In this document: piece by piece, positions 13,719 through 25,235 of the stretch
How positions within the stretch are numbered: position 1 is the first letter of the stretch
Layout: every line of letters starts with the position of its first letter
Assembly: GCA_051362555.1 (NCBI GenBank)
Contig: CM120648.1
Span: 18,038,587-18,102,586, forward strand
Source of the DNA: Lingula anatina
Lineage: Eukaryota; Animalia; Brachiopoda
Length of the DNA stretch: 64,000 bases
Reading direction: 5' to 3'
The notes under the pieces: generated by a model
What the model saw: the letters and a program-made list of their open reading frames with translations, nothing else
Told to the model about the DNA's origin: nothing
Databases searched by the model: none
Translations under genes and position numbers: made by a program

Positions 13719-14542
13719 TATATTGCAAACAGTGCATGTGCCAGCTGTTTGTGTGCTGAAAATATATTCTAATCAGACTGTTTTAATCCTCTACCCACTG
13801 TGAATAACTTTCATGGACATTTAGGTTTTAATAATGTATTTGGTTATTATCATATTTTTATTGTTGTTTATTGTAGATCCGCTGATTTGTAGATGATATA
13901 GGCCTACCATTTAGCTTCAACGGCACGATTAAAAACTTAAACATTTTGTCTTTGTTCTCATCCTTGATCAGTCTTACTTCTTTAAAAATCAGTCTTATTG
14001 TTTAATGATTTATCGAAGCACGTGTTTCCTCTTATTTGAAAGTTTGGTCAGAAAATGCTGATTCAGTTACATGTAGGCCCTATCTACGGTCAAAGGGCCG
14101 AAAGGGAGTAGGGGGCTATCTGTAAGCTAGGACCAAAATTATTATCGTCTATCCTAGCTGTAAGCAAATTTTTAAGAGAGAAAAACCCACCAAAACGGTT
14201 GTCAAAGGCCAGGAAGGCGTCAGGAACATTTTATGATTAAGGGGGGATGTAGGTTAGAGACTTTCTCTTAAAATAAAGGTCTTAGTTTTTTATTCCTGTC
14301 ATATTCATTTAATGTTCCTTCAAAACATCTAATTATGCTTGAAACACAGCTACGGGCTAGGAAGTCAAGACCTTACTAGATAATATACTCATTCACTCCT
14401 TCAGAAGATCGATACAGTTTAATTTATTCCTGTTACAGATGTATATCAAATCCATATCTTGATGTCCCATTTTATTTCATTTATTTAATTTTTTACTCTT
14501 TTATTATTCTAAATTATTTCTTTTTAGGTTGGTGAACATTTT

Positions 14543-14925
14543 AGGTGGCGGATTTATGGGGGCATCAGGGGGATTCTGACCCCCCCCCCCCCTTCGATTT
14601 CTGAAAAATATCACACCAATGATCCCCTCTTGAAATTAGAATAATTTTGAACAGCTGACTCGTAGTTCTAAACCATACCAAATGGTACTCTCCAAAATAA
14701 ATACCCAAATTTTTCGGTGCCCTTCAGCGGGCCCCGAAACCCACGCCAGGGAGGGGGGGAGGGTCGGCTTCGCATCCAAGGACTGTTTTTTGAACATCTT
14801 TATTTTCTTGAAAGATTAAATATTAATATATTATAATATTACAACAATGACGCGCTTACCCGCGGACTCCCCCCCCCAAAAAAAAAAAAAAAAATCTTGT
14901 TCAAATAATCTTGGATCCACCCCTG
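14543..14925 (+). mobile_element. hAT-like MITE family copy (related copies 27999-28255 partial, 28754-29024, 50023-50285)
   Basis: Shared CAG(T/G)GGCGGAT...GGATCCRCCCCTG ends and shared body (CTGACCCCC..TTCGATTTCTG..TTGAAATTAGAAT..GGCCCC). Confidence 0.75.
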
Positions 14926-15764
14926 TTTTTGTTACTTGATTAGTTGCTGGTTTGTACAGTAACAGCAGTAAAAACTGAACAAGAGAGAATTCTTGCACTT
15001 ATTTTTCCTTCTATGTACAGCTTATTTTTATCAACACGACGAATATTTGAGATTGTCCGTCCCAACGCTCGTATTGCATTAAAAAAGAGAGTCAAACTCA
15101 AGATGCAAATTTGTGAATGTTTATTAAATAAAATACCCCCACCCCCCAAGGTTGCATTAAAATGTTTAGGAAGAGGAAATACATGTAGTAAATGTAGGTA
15201 ATTTGCTTATTAGTTTGTGATAAGATAATAAAGCAAATGTATTGCGCAAAGGGCCCTGTAGGTTTGTAAAAACTCAATAACTTCTTTGACTAAGGTACAA
15301 TAACATTCAACAGCAACAAGACGCAGTGGTGTAAAGATTCTAACAAACATTTTATTAACTTATCCAGTGTTAACCACGGACACACAGCTTCAAAATTTGT
15401 GCAGCTACATAACTGCTTTGCCCAGTCGTACGTACCAGTAGGGCTTAGTTAAAAGAACATCAATTGAGGCTATACCAGCACTACAGTCCAGGCGACTTAA
15501 AGGCACATACGTCCTCAGCCGAAATATCAGTGTTTTCACAATAAAGTGTTCAAACTAACGGCCTCAGCATATTAATCGTAACAAATAATGCCCACGACAA
15601 TGGAAAATAAAGCCTAAAAGCCGATGGATCTGTAAATAAATAGGTATGAAAAGTGCTTTTTTCTAAAATTCGTACGAATATCCAATATGCAAATCAGCTA
15701 GGATCCGCCTCGAAGTGTTACGTATCTCTCATTTAAATATGTGTCACATGACCGCAAAGTTATC

Positions 15765-17548
15765 ATGGCGGACAAGGGGGAGCGTAAACTGGTTTGTAAA
15801 CAAGAACTTGTTAGCCGATTCAGCGAAGAAAAGGAGAAGAAAAGTTGGATAAGAGAAGATGCAGCGAGAGGGTGACAGTCGGAAAAGAATTTTGGAGGCG
15901 GAGAGAGGTCAAACAGCGGATAAATGCAAAAACAGTCGAGGCAGTGGCCCTGTTCCTCATTGAATCGGTAAGTTAATATTGATCATGTGGGACATGAAAT
16001 GGGTGCATGGAAGTTGAAACTTAGCTTTTTGAGAGGTTTTAGGTTTTAATACGATTGAAAAACACATGGATTTTCTCTACAGATGATCCTTGTGCAAATA
16101 GCCTTAGGGAAAATTCGAGTGAGATCAAATGCCGTCTCAGAGACTGCGAGTGTCCCAGCTGAATACGTATGCCCTGTACTTTTGCTCCCGAGCTGCTTCA
16201 TTGTCAGCTTTGTTTCAGTGTTAGTGAGTCTCTGTGCTACGACTCAGTGAAAGTCAACCATTTGAAAACCAACTGATTAGTCCGTGTTATATGAAATAAT
16301 GCTTAATTATAGTGAGAGTCACTGTTAAATGCTTTCCCTTTTTCCTGAAAGGGACACAGCATTGTTGATATCTCAGCCAGTGTGACTGTGATAGTCAGAT
16401 CTTTTGTCTGTAGGCTTTCTATAATGAATAGCATATATTTATATATATATTACTTTTAATTAGATATGGCACAAGTGAGGCAGAAGCATCAACCGCAGTT
16501 TTTCCATCAACATCCAAATACACCAGTGATTCAGAATTGTAAGTTTTTTTCCTTTTAATAAAATTATAATAAATTTATAACTGTCTTCTTTATACGCTGT
16601 GTAAATTTTATGTATTTCTTTTTATTCTGGACATCTCATTTTGACTTATTTATTTTATTCATATTTTTTCATTTTTATTTCAACAGTGGTTACATAAATA
16701 AATTAATTAAAAAAATATATATATTATTCTTTATTCCTCATTGGTCAAAATGTTTTTATTATCAGGGTTATGTTGCATGATTCTTTTAATTCTATTCCAC
16801 AGAAATATAATAGTGGAACTTGAGTGATCCCATCAACACCCGATGTATTGTGCCAAGCGGTGCAGTTAAACACACCTCCAATTAATAGAGTAAGGAACAG
16901 ACTAGCCGCTCTGGACCATGATGTAAACAAGGAGGGAGCTGTTCAGACTAATATAGATGGCACAACAAGGTGGTGATACAATTTCTATTTTATTTGAATA
17001 AAGGCATTTTTTTTTTCTAAAAAAAGGAAAAAAGGACAAAAAGGAATCAGAAAGGTAGTTAAGATGGTGTATCATGGAATAATAACTGTAATATTGTTTT
17101 ATCAATGTTTTATTGTTATCAGAAAAATATATTATAGCTTGGATTTTTTTTGAAAATTTAACAGCTAAAACCCCAGCCTTTGACGTACTGTGGTAAAATA
17201 AACTTTTTATATAATTTTGATCACCTGCACTAATTATTGTACTAGCATAAAACTTACTTGTGTGCACAGTGACATGATGTTATGAAATATAAATTGCATT
17301 GTATATTGTATTGCATTTCCAGATACCACAGAGCTTATAGTTAAAAGTGGGTGCTGGTCAGTTTACCCTGAGAAAGAGCACAAGACTTATACCAATGTTC
17401 AAGCTATTCTAAACAATGCACTGAAGAAGATAATAAATGACAGGGTGGCGATGAGACGAACTATGTTGGAGAAAGGATTTCAAACCACATAGCACCTGTT
17501 CCCCCACCTGCAACAGAGCAGTTGGTACAAGAAAGTTTCAAGATTTTA
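15765..17548 (+). pseudogene. Kolobok transposase remnant (N- and C-terminal exons, catalytic core missing)
   Basis: Exon 15765-15967 ...VGKEFWRRREVKQRINAKTVEAVALFLIES; exon from 17323 YHR..GCWSVYPEKEHKTY...IAPVPPPATEQLVQ; resemblance from memory, not searched. Confidence 0.6.
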
Positions 17549-18880
17549 AAGAATTATTTTTCCACATACATTGTGTACTGTCAGACTGCTATTGTTCTGA
17601 CCTGAAAATGGACAGGCTGTTGGGCACTGCACACTAGGACACGAGTTTCAAAAATTGTTTTATAAGACTAGTTTCTCTCACATACTACTGAGTGTAGTGT
17701 GATTTATAGTACCATTTGAAATGTTGCACTTACTGGCAATTTTTGGTGCATGTCGTGGCGCAGAATGTGGTCTGCTAGGACAGTTTCTTTACATGTTTAC
17801 TCTATTACACATTATTTAAATATAAGAAGCAGACCTGCTAGTTATGTGGTATTGTAATGGTAGGGGAGAATATCTGACCGAAAATGGGAAGCTCTGTTGA
17901 AAAGATTGCTGCCTAATCAACATTGCTAATGTGTAATATGTTGTGTTAACATTCAATAGCCTTGTCTTTGCATGCTTGGCATGGATGGAAAATTACGTTC
18001 TGTGGGTATGTGGCCCACAAGTTTCATTCCGTAACAATTGTAATATAATTTTTGTTATAAGAATAAAGACCAAGAGCAGCAATTTATCCACGAAAATAGT
18101 ATTTTAATTTCAATACCTCTTTATAATAATAATAAAGATGATGATGATATTTTTTCAGCTAATATACATAAAATACAATTAAAAATAAAGGAAAATGCAT
18201 CTCTTAGAAGTTCCTCAAAATTCTCAGCTGCTGAAACAAATTAGTTTTCTTCAATTTCAATTGACCATTTGAAAGGTTTTACTGCAAAATGGTTGCTATC
18301 AAGGAAAAGAAGATGAATAAAACACTATCATTTGTATATCTTACAACAATTACTAACAACCGAGTCACTTCTGATCACCCAAGTGTTTCTGGAAAAACTC
18401 CACATACTGCCCGAAAAGAGGAATACTTTTCTGTTCCCTGCCCCTGTCTATAGGCAGTATGTCCATTTACCTTCACAGGGTCCATCATAAAATGCAGCAG
18501 GTTTCAGCAGTATAAGTGGACCAGACTGAGGATGCCTTCATTCAAAATCAGCACACCAAAATGTTAAAGGTTAGCTAGAAAATGGCCAGTAACCCAAACC
18601 CCTTCATGCTATAAAGTTGTTGAGCATAAATACCTTTTGTCATTTCAGGTATTGAGGTAAGAGGTTCATAAAACTAGGAGGTAGGAGTGTTGTGCACTGT
18701 TGAATACCATAGCATATTTTCTCTGACTCCTGTAGATAAACAGTTTGGGGTGTTGCTGCTTGGTTCAGGATGTTATCCCCCTGGCTAGCAGCCTGGTGTT
18801 CAACACATTGGCTAGATGGTTTTCATGACAGCTCACCTACACTCCCTTTGCTTTGCCATCTGGAGAAAAAGCAAATACAT

Positions 18881-18989
18881 CAGAGGCAGAATTGAAGGGG
18901 GTTTCGGGGGGGGGGGGGGGGGGGGGAGGGGGGGGGGGGGCTTTCCATCCATGCCCCCCCCCTTTCACATAATCCTGGATCCGCCCCTG
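18881..18989. mobile_element. short hAT-like MITE with 5-bp TSD
   Basis: CAGAGGCAGAAT...GGATCCGCCCCTG flanked by TACAT on both sides. Confidence 0.75.
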
Positions 18990-19165
18990 TACATATATCA
19001 TGAAGTATAGCAAATCATGAGAATAGTTAGTTACTTTCTTTCACTTTATTATAAAACAAGGGCTACTCATTTGATAAGTCTTTGATCTCATCATTTAGAT
19101 ATAAGAAAAAGTTATTTACTGAGCTTCGTTTTTTTATAAAGCGTGCCAGCTAACACTGCATCATC

Positions 19166-19463
19166 CAGGGCCGTAGGCTCCGGGGGGGGGGGGGGGGGGG
19201 GGGGGGCAGGGGGGCAGCTTTGTCTGTGCTTTGTTTGAGGTGCAAAAAAATAATTGCAATTTCTGACTTCTGATTGAGCAATAAATAACAGTTAAAATTC
19301 ACCAGAATGCAGTATTATACATACAGATTTTCAAAAATTGGCCACATCGTGGGAGGGGGACACCCCCACCCTTCTCCCTCGGGGGGTTCGCCCCCTCGTG
19401 TCCGCTTACTGCCCCCCCCCCCCCCCCCCCCCCCCCCGGCATTTTGCTCAGGCTACGGTCCTG
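19166..19463. mobile_element. hAT-like MITE with 5-bp TSD
   Basis: TIR CAGGGCCGTAG / CTACGGTCCTG flanked by TCATC on both sides. Confidence 0.8.
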
Positions 19464-19772
19464 TCATCATGTACAGAATAGAACTACTCAAATAGAATTG
19501 ATAAAGCACGAACTTACTCTGAAGGTTTCCTTTCTTCTCCTCAAATTCTCCACTGCCACTTCGGCTCTCTGTTCTGTAAAAACTGAGATAGGTACCGCAC
19601 ACGGTCAGTTGTGTTTACGTATTCTTCAATCGCTGAGTTTAGTGCTTACATACAACTTTATTTATAAAGATCAGATTTTGAACCACAAAGTCAAACCTAT
19701 CACTTAGATGTGTCTACGTAAACAATATGAAGATTCAGCAAAGTAAGCCTCGTGACTATCGAAGTAAGAACC

Positions 19773-20171
19773 TGTGACGATGTAGTGTGTTAGTTGAGAT
19801 TATTTTATATTGCTACCGGTAGATGTCTCTGTAAGTAAAGTGTTGTCCGGTGCGCAAGTTTGAATCTCTCCCTTGATTGGTAACCTTAAGGTAAAACTGT
19901 TCACTGTATAGTTGGTTCTGATTGGTAAACGTGTACTATCTGAACTTGTATATAAGGTGTAACGTGAAATAAATCGGTCTCTTTGGCCTTTTTGCTCTTA
20001 GCGGCTGTCTTTTGCTCTTCTCTTGGGGCTGATCTCTTTGGCTTCTTTGCAGCTGACTTTGCAGCTCTCTTGGTTCTTTTGGTCTTTCTTATCTGTGCTT
20101 ATACTCTGAGACACCAGTAAGTACATTGTTATTTGTACCTTCATAAGGCACTCGGCCGCGAAGGCGTAACA
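19773..20171 (+). repeat. 5' LTR
   Basis: TGTGACG...CGTAACA; TATATAA and AATAAA inside; one visible substitution versus the 3' LTR. Confidence 0.97.
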
Positions 20172-20173
20172 AT

Positions 20174-20191
20174 TGGCGCAGTCGACAGGAT
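20174..20191 (+). promoter_or_regulatory. primer binding site, probably tRNA-Ser
   Basis: TGGCGCAGTCGACAGGAT 2 nt after the LTR, complementary to ...AUCCUGUCGACUGCGCCA, similar to animal tRNA-Ser 3' ends. Confidence 0.8.
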
Positions 20192-21104
20192 AGAGTTTGT
20201 GTTGCTTATTAATTGAAAGGATACAATTTGTGTAGCATATGTTGTTAAATGACAGAATTCAATTTGTGTAGCTAACGTTGTCAATTTACGGGATAGAATT
20301 TGTGTAGCTTGTGTAGTTAGAGGATAGAATTGGTAGTTATTAGTGATATTGGAATTTTTGAAAAGCTTTGTGTATGACTGAGTGAGAGTTGGAAAGATAG
20401 TGACACGTGTTAGACGGGACTTGTTGCAAGACGCGAACTAGTCGGAACATATTGCAGTGATATTTCATTTTCATTGTTGTTTGATACTCGTGGTAATTCA
20501 GTAAATATTTTCAGTTTAGAATTCATTTTAGTAGAGATATTTTGTATTAATTTTCTGTTGTGATACTACAACTCCGGAGACATAGTGGACCACGTGTAGT
20601 GAGTAGTAGTCGGAAAGACCACGTGTACTGAGTAGTAGTCGGACAGACCACGTGTAATTACAGGCCCGTGCGTGTAGAGCCTTATGTTGTAATTAGAATA
20701 CAGAACATAATTTAGTGAGTTTATTTACAAAGAAAAGCATTTATTTAAAATAAAGGTTTCAAATTTGTGTTTTTCACTGACTTGCTGAATGAAGGAGTGA
20801 TTGTGAATTGTTTATTGTATATTTTTATCAATATTGCAATAGCATATATTGATAGAGTACTATTCTACCTTGTTCGTCTGTGTTGAAGGTGTTTCATCAT
20901 AGGTGTACATGTGAGTAGGTTGAATAGTGTGAGAGATTTATGTGTATTTACTGTGAAGTTTAGTAGTGGCTTTTTGCTGAAACTTTCTTCAAACAGTAAA
21001 GTGTGGTAGTGGTGAAAGTATTTTATTGTGTAGTTTTTGTGGCACAGCTGCATTGCTATCATCAATAAAATTGTGTAATAGGTTGTGGGAAACTGGAAGT
21101 GAAA

Positions 21105-23156
21105 ATGGCGTCGGGTAATGTAGAAAGTAGTGTTGTGATGAATGTGCAGACAGCATCTGAGACAGAATTGAAAAATTTGAAAGGAATTGGTCCAGTGAAA
21201 GCTCATAGATTGGTGTCTTTGAGAAATCAAAAAGGAAAATTGCAGTTGAGTGATTTGGAAGAAATTACTGGTATTAGTGTAGCAGAATGGCAGAAATGGG
21301 AAAAGAAGGGTAATGTGATTCTGGGTGTAATGGAAGAAAAAGATGAAGGTTCAAAAGTTGGAGATGAGAAAAAGGAAGAGAGTGTGAATTGGGAAGAAAA
21401 GTATAGAAAGTTGATGGAACGATTGAAGGTAAAAAATGAAATGATAATAAATCTTCGAGATGAGGTAGAAGAAGCGGGAGAAAAGATAGAATTTTTATCT
21501 AGCGAATTGGAGATGAATGATGCTAAAGTGAAAAAGTTGGAAGTTGAAAATTCAGAAATGGCAATTGATTACAAAAAGTTGAAACAAGAGAGGAATGCAT
21601 TGGAAGATGAGAAATCTGTGTTGGAAAATGAAAAGAGTGCATTAGAAAAAGAGAAATATGCTTTGAAAAGTGAAAAGTATAGTTTGGAGAGTGAGAAGTG
21701 TGATTTGAAAAATGAAAATGATATGTTGAAAGAAAGAAATGTGAAAATTCAGAGTGAGTTGGGAAAAACTAAACAAGTGTTGATGAAAAAAGAAATGGAA
21801 ATGGAAGAAGAGTGTCGAGAGTATTCCACAAAAGAAATGATGTTACATACACAGGTTGAAACACAGAATGAATTGTTGAGAAAACGTGTAGAAAGTTTAC
21901 AGAAGTGTGAAATTGAAAAAATGGATTTGAAATTGCAATTGGATGAGATGACAGCCCGTCATGATCATTTGCAAATTCAGTATGAAAGAATGCATTTACA
22001 GCATGATTTAGAAAAAATTCCTAGGCCAACTCCTAGAAATATTAAAAGTAGACCCACACCTGCACCTAGAAGTAGTAAAAAGAAAAGTTTGGAAACCCCT
22101 GTGAAAAAACCAATACTGAAACTAGCAGAGAGTGAAAGTGATAGTGAAAGCGAAAGTGAAAGTGAATCTGAATGTGAACAGAAAAGAGTCCCTTTAGTCG
22201 AAAGAGAAAAAGGACCTGTTCATAAAATGCCTAGTTTTAGTGGGAATGGAAGAGAAAATTGGGAAGCTTTTGTATTTAAGTTTGAAGGCATGGCAGAAAG
22301 ATACGGATGGAATGATAAAAGAAAAACTAGCAGAATGATTGAATGTTTGGAAGACAGAGCTCTTGAGTATGCGGTGGAGTTTGGAAACTGCAAATATAAA
22401 CGTTTGAAAGAAGTGATGTCAAAACGTTTTAGTATGAAAGAGTCTGCTTCATCTGCGCGTAGAGCACTTCAATCAATGAGACAGGGTGAAAGTGAATCTT
22501 TGCAAGATTTTTCTCATCGTGTGTTCATGGCATCTAGAGAGGGATATGCAGAAGGTGGTGAAGGAATAGCTGTGGATTCATTTTTGAGAGGGTGTCGTGA
22601 CAAAGAATCTGCAAAGTTGGCTATGGATAAAGAGCCTAAAGATTTATTTGAAGCGTTGGAGTTTGTGAAAGTTGCAAACAATAACTTCAAAGCAGTGTAT
22701 GGTACAGGTGGGAGAAATGTGCATATTAGACAAGTTGGAATGTCTGATCAGAGTGTGGAGAATGGAAGTGGAAACCAATTACTCTACAATATGCAAAGAA
22801 CCATGTCTGCTATGTGTGATCAGATGAAAAGAATGAATGATGCATGGGTGTCACCGTCAAATTCTCAGAGAAATCCTAGTAGAATGGTAAAATCACCCCA
22901 GAATGGAAACATAAATCAAAGTAGAGGGGGTCCACCACAATGTTTTAAATGTGGAGAAAGAGGTCATGTTCAAAGGGATTGTAAGAATGAAATTGTAGAA
23001 CATCCACCTAATCCCAATGTTAGTAAAAATGCCAGCCCAAGTTCTATTTTGATTTGTCATAAATGTGGACAGAGAGGTCACATTCAAACAAATTGCCCTC
23101 AAAATAGAGAAATGCCAAAGAATCCTCCTCCTGGTGCAAGAAATTCGGTAAACTAG
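21105..23156 (+). CDS. gag: Gag with N-terminal ComEA-like HhH domain, long coiled coil, capsid domain and two CCHC knuckles
   Basis: Intact ORF; NVQTASETELKNLKGIGPVKAHRLV; heptad repeats; CFKCGERGHVQRDC and CHKCGQRGHIQTNC. Confidence 0.92.
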   Translation: MASGNVESSVVMNVQTASETELKNLKGIGPVKAHRLVSLRNQKGKLQLSDLEEITGISVAEWQKWEKKGNVILGVMEEKDEGSKVGDEKKEESVNWEEKYRKLMERLKVKNEMIINLRDEVEEAGEKIEFLSSELEMNDAKVKKLEVENSEMAIDYKKLKQERNALEDEKSVLENEKSALEKEKYALKSEKYSLESEKCDLKNENDMLKERNVKIQSELGKTKQVLMKKEMEMEEECREYSTKEMMLHTQVETQNELLRKRVESLQKCEIEKMDLKLQLDEMTARHDHLQIQYERMHLQHDLEKIPRPTPRNIKSRPTPAPRSSKKKSLETPVKKPILKLAESESDSESESESESECEQKRVPLVEREKGPVHKMPSFSGNGRENWEAFVFKFEGMAERYGWNDKRKTSRMIECLEDRALEYAVEFGNCKYKRLKEVMSKRFSMKESASSARRALQSMRQGESESLQDFSHRVFMASREGYAEGGEGIAVDSFLRGCRDKESAKLAMDKEPKDLFEALEFVKVANNNFKAVYGTGGRNVHIRQVGMSDQSVENGSGNQLLYNMQRTMSAMCDQMKRMNDAWVSPSNSQRNPSRMVKSPQNGNINQSRGGPPQCFKCGERGHVQRDCKNEIVEHPPNPNVSKNASPSSILICHKCGQRGHIQTNCPQNREMPKNPPPGARNSVN

Positions 23157-23167
23157 AACGGGACGAA

Positions 23168-24919
23168 TTGACCGACCGGATTTCGGATCCCTTACTTCAT
23201 GCTGAAGGTCGGATTATGGATAGTGGAAATGTGAAAATGATGAATGTTGGAAAGTTAGTAGGAGAAAATTTTGTGATTCCTGTTAGTGTAGGTGGTGTGA
23301 AAACATTAGCAGTTGTGGATACGGCAGCTCAATTTACTATAGTAAATAAAAGATATTATAGTAAATTGCAGGGTGTGCCTGAGTTTTGTGAGACTCTGAA
23401 ATTAATGCTTGCTGGAAAAAATGCATTTATGATGGGTCATAGAGTAGAAAATTTGAATATTGGGATAGATGGGATAGAATATAAGGAAAATGTGTATGTT
23501 GCAGATTTGCAAGAAGGAATTGATATGTTGTTGGGATTGAAGTTTTTGAAGGAGAGAAATTGTGTGGTGAATTTAGTTGATCAAACATTGATCATTGGAG
23601 AAAAATGTGTGCAAGGAAGCATAGAAGTTGAAGGTGACTCTGATTTGAGTAAAGTGAATGGTGAGACAGAAGCTAAAAGTGATGAGAAATGTGTTGATGA
23701 AATGGAGAGAGAAGTTAAAATTTGTGAAAATATGGTGAGAACGAAAAAGAGAATGGTAGTTCCTCCATTGACGGTGATGAGAATTTCTGTTTGTGCAGAT
23801 TATGAGTTAGAGAAAAAGAAAGAATATGTGATAGAACCTTGTGTTGATAGACAAGTGTTGGTATCTTGTGCATTAGTTAAAGGTGATGATGTTGTTCCTA
23901 TAGAGATAGTGAATGATGGAGAAAGAAATGCTGTTTTGAAAGCAGGTAGTGTGTTAGGTGTTATTAAGGAAGTTGAGACAGTTGATTCTGAAGTGAGATG
24001 TGAAGATGTTGATGGAAAAGCTAGGGTGTCTGCTGTGAATAAAGTTGAAATGAAGTTGAATATAGGTGAAAATGTGGATAAAAAAGATGTGATGAGAAGT
24101 TTGAAAAGAGATTTGCCTGAACATTTGCAAGATTTATTTGAAAGATCAAGTGAGGAGCTTGATTCAAATGAAATGGTTGCATTGTGTGAAACTTTGAGAG
24201 ATTATGAAGATGTATTTGCAAAGCATGATCTTGATTTAGGGTGCATGAAAGGTGTTAAACATACTATTAACACTGGTAGTGCAGCTCCTGTGAAACAGAA
24301 ATTGCGTAGAACTCCATTGGGAATGGAAGGAGAAGAGAGAAAGATGCTTGAAAAGTTGTTAGCTTCTGATGTTATTCAGCCGTCAAATTCTGGATGGGCA
24401 TCCCCACCAGTTTTGATAAGAAAGAAAGATGGAAGTGTTAGATGGTGTGTGGATTATAGGGAATTAAATAAGAAAACAATCAAAGATTCTTATCCTATTC
24501 CAAACATTGGTGATTGTTTAGATTGTCTGGCTGGAAATCAGTTTTTGAGTTTGATTGATATGGCTCAAGGATATTTTCAAATTGAAATTGATGAGAAAGA
24601 CAGAAATAAAACTGCTTTTATCACCAGGTATGGTCTGTATGAGCATAAGAGAATGGCTATGGGACTTACCAATTCTCCTGCAAGTTTTTCTAGAGCAATG
24701 CAGTTAGTATTGAGAGGTTTGACTTGGGAGAAAGTGTTAGTGTATCTGGATGATATCACAGTGTTGGGAAAGAATTTTGAAGATCATCTTAAGAATTTGA
24801 AAGAGGTTTTGGAGAGATTGCGTTCTTACAACTTGAAGTTAAAGCCTAAGAATTGTTTTCTTTTCCAAACAAAGTGCGAGTTTCTAGGAAAGTCTTTCAG
24901 TAGAGAAGGTGTTGGTTAG
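23168..24919 (+). CDS. pol: Pol (aspartic protease + RT), truncated after RT, in -1 frame relative to gag
   Basis: AVVDTAAQ protease motif, WASPPVLIRKKDG, WCVDYRELN, YLDD (24743-24754); stops at EFLGKSFSREGVG*. Confidence 0.92.
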   Translation: MTDRISDPLLHAEGRIMDSGNVKMMNVGKLVGENFVIPVSVGGVKTLAVVDTAAQFTIVNKRYYSKLQGVPEFCETLKLMLAGKNAFMMGHRVENLNIGIDGIEYKENVYVADLQEGIDMLLGLKFLKERNCVVNLVDQTLIIGEKCVQGSIEVEGDSDLSKVNGETEAKSDEKCVDEMEREVKICENMVRTKKRMVVPPLTVMRISVCADYELEKKKEYVIEPCVDRQVLVSCALVKGDDVVPIEIVNDGERNAVLKAGSVLGVIKEVETVDSEVRCEDVDGKARVSAVNKVEMKLNIGENVDKKDVMRSLKRDLPEHLQDLFERSSEELDSNEMVALCETLRDYEDVFAKHDLDLGCMKGVKHTINTGSAAPVKQKLRRTPLGMEGEERKMLEKLLASDVIQPSNSGWASPPVLIRKKDGSVRWCVDYRELNKKTIKDSYPIPNIGDCLDCLAGNQFLSLIDMAQGYFQIEIDEKDRNKTAFITRYGLYEHKRMAMGLTNSPASFSRAMQLVLRGLTWEKVLVYLDDITVLGKNFEDHLKNLKEVLERLRSYNLKLKPKNCFLFQTKCEFLGKSFSREGVG

Positions 24920-25235
24920 AAAATGAACCGAAAGAGTCAGTTGTAATGTGTAGTATGACTGTGAAAGAATTGTGGAATTACAATGAGCAACTGATATATA
25001 TGAGTTATATTACAAATAAGAAAAGAAAGATAGAAATTTGTTTAATTGTACCATAAGATTTGGTCAATGAATTTTTGTTTTTCTTTATTTGAATTTGCTT
25101 TAAATACATAGTAAATGCGGCGATGCTGTAATACTATGTTAGTAATTAATGAAATACTATGTTTATGCTGTAATACTATGTTAATAATGTAAAATTATGT
25201 TAATATTCATTTGAAAGAAAAGATCATTATCATGT

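Larger units (their letters stand above)
18365..19565 (-). pseudogene. decayed convergent accessory gene of Kolobok (KolX-like)
   Basis: Minus-strand fragments HTAYRQ..G.GNRKV..WVIRS and short AG/GT-bounded exons (e.g. ~19506-19562). Confidence 0.4.

Noticed and set aside
21138-21295. Bacterial comEA contamination or a standalone competence gene
   Set aside because: The domain is in frame with Gag between matching LTRs with a TSD and shares the element's composition.
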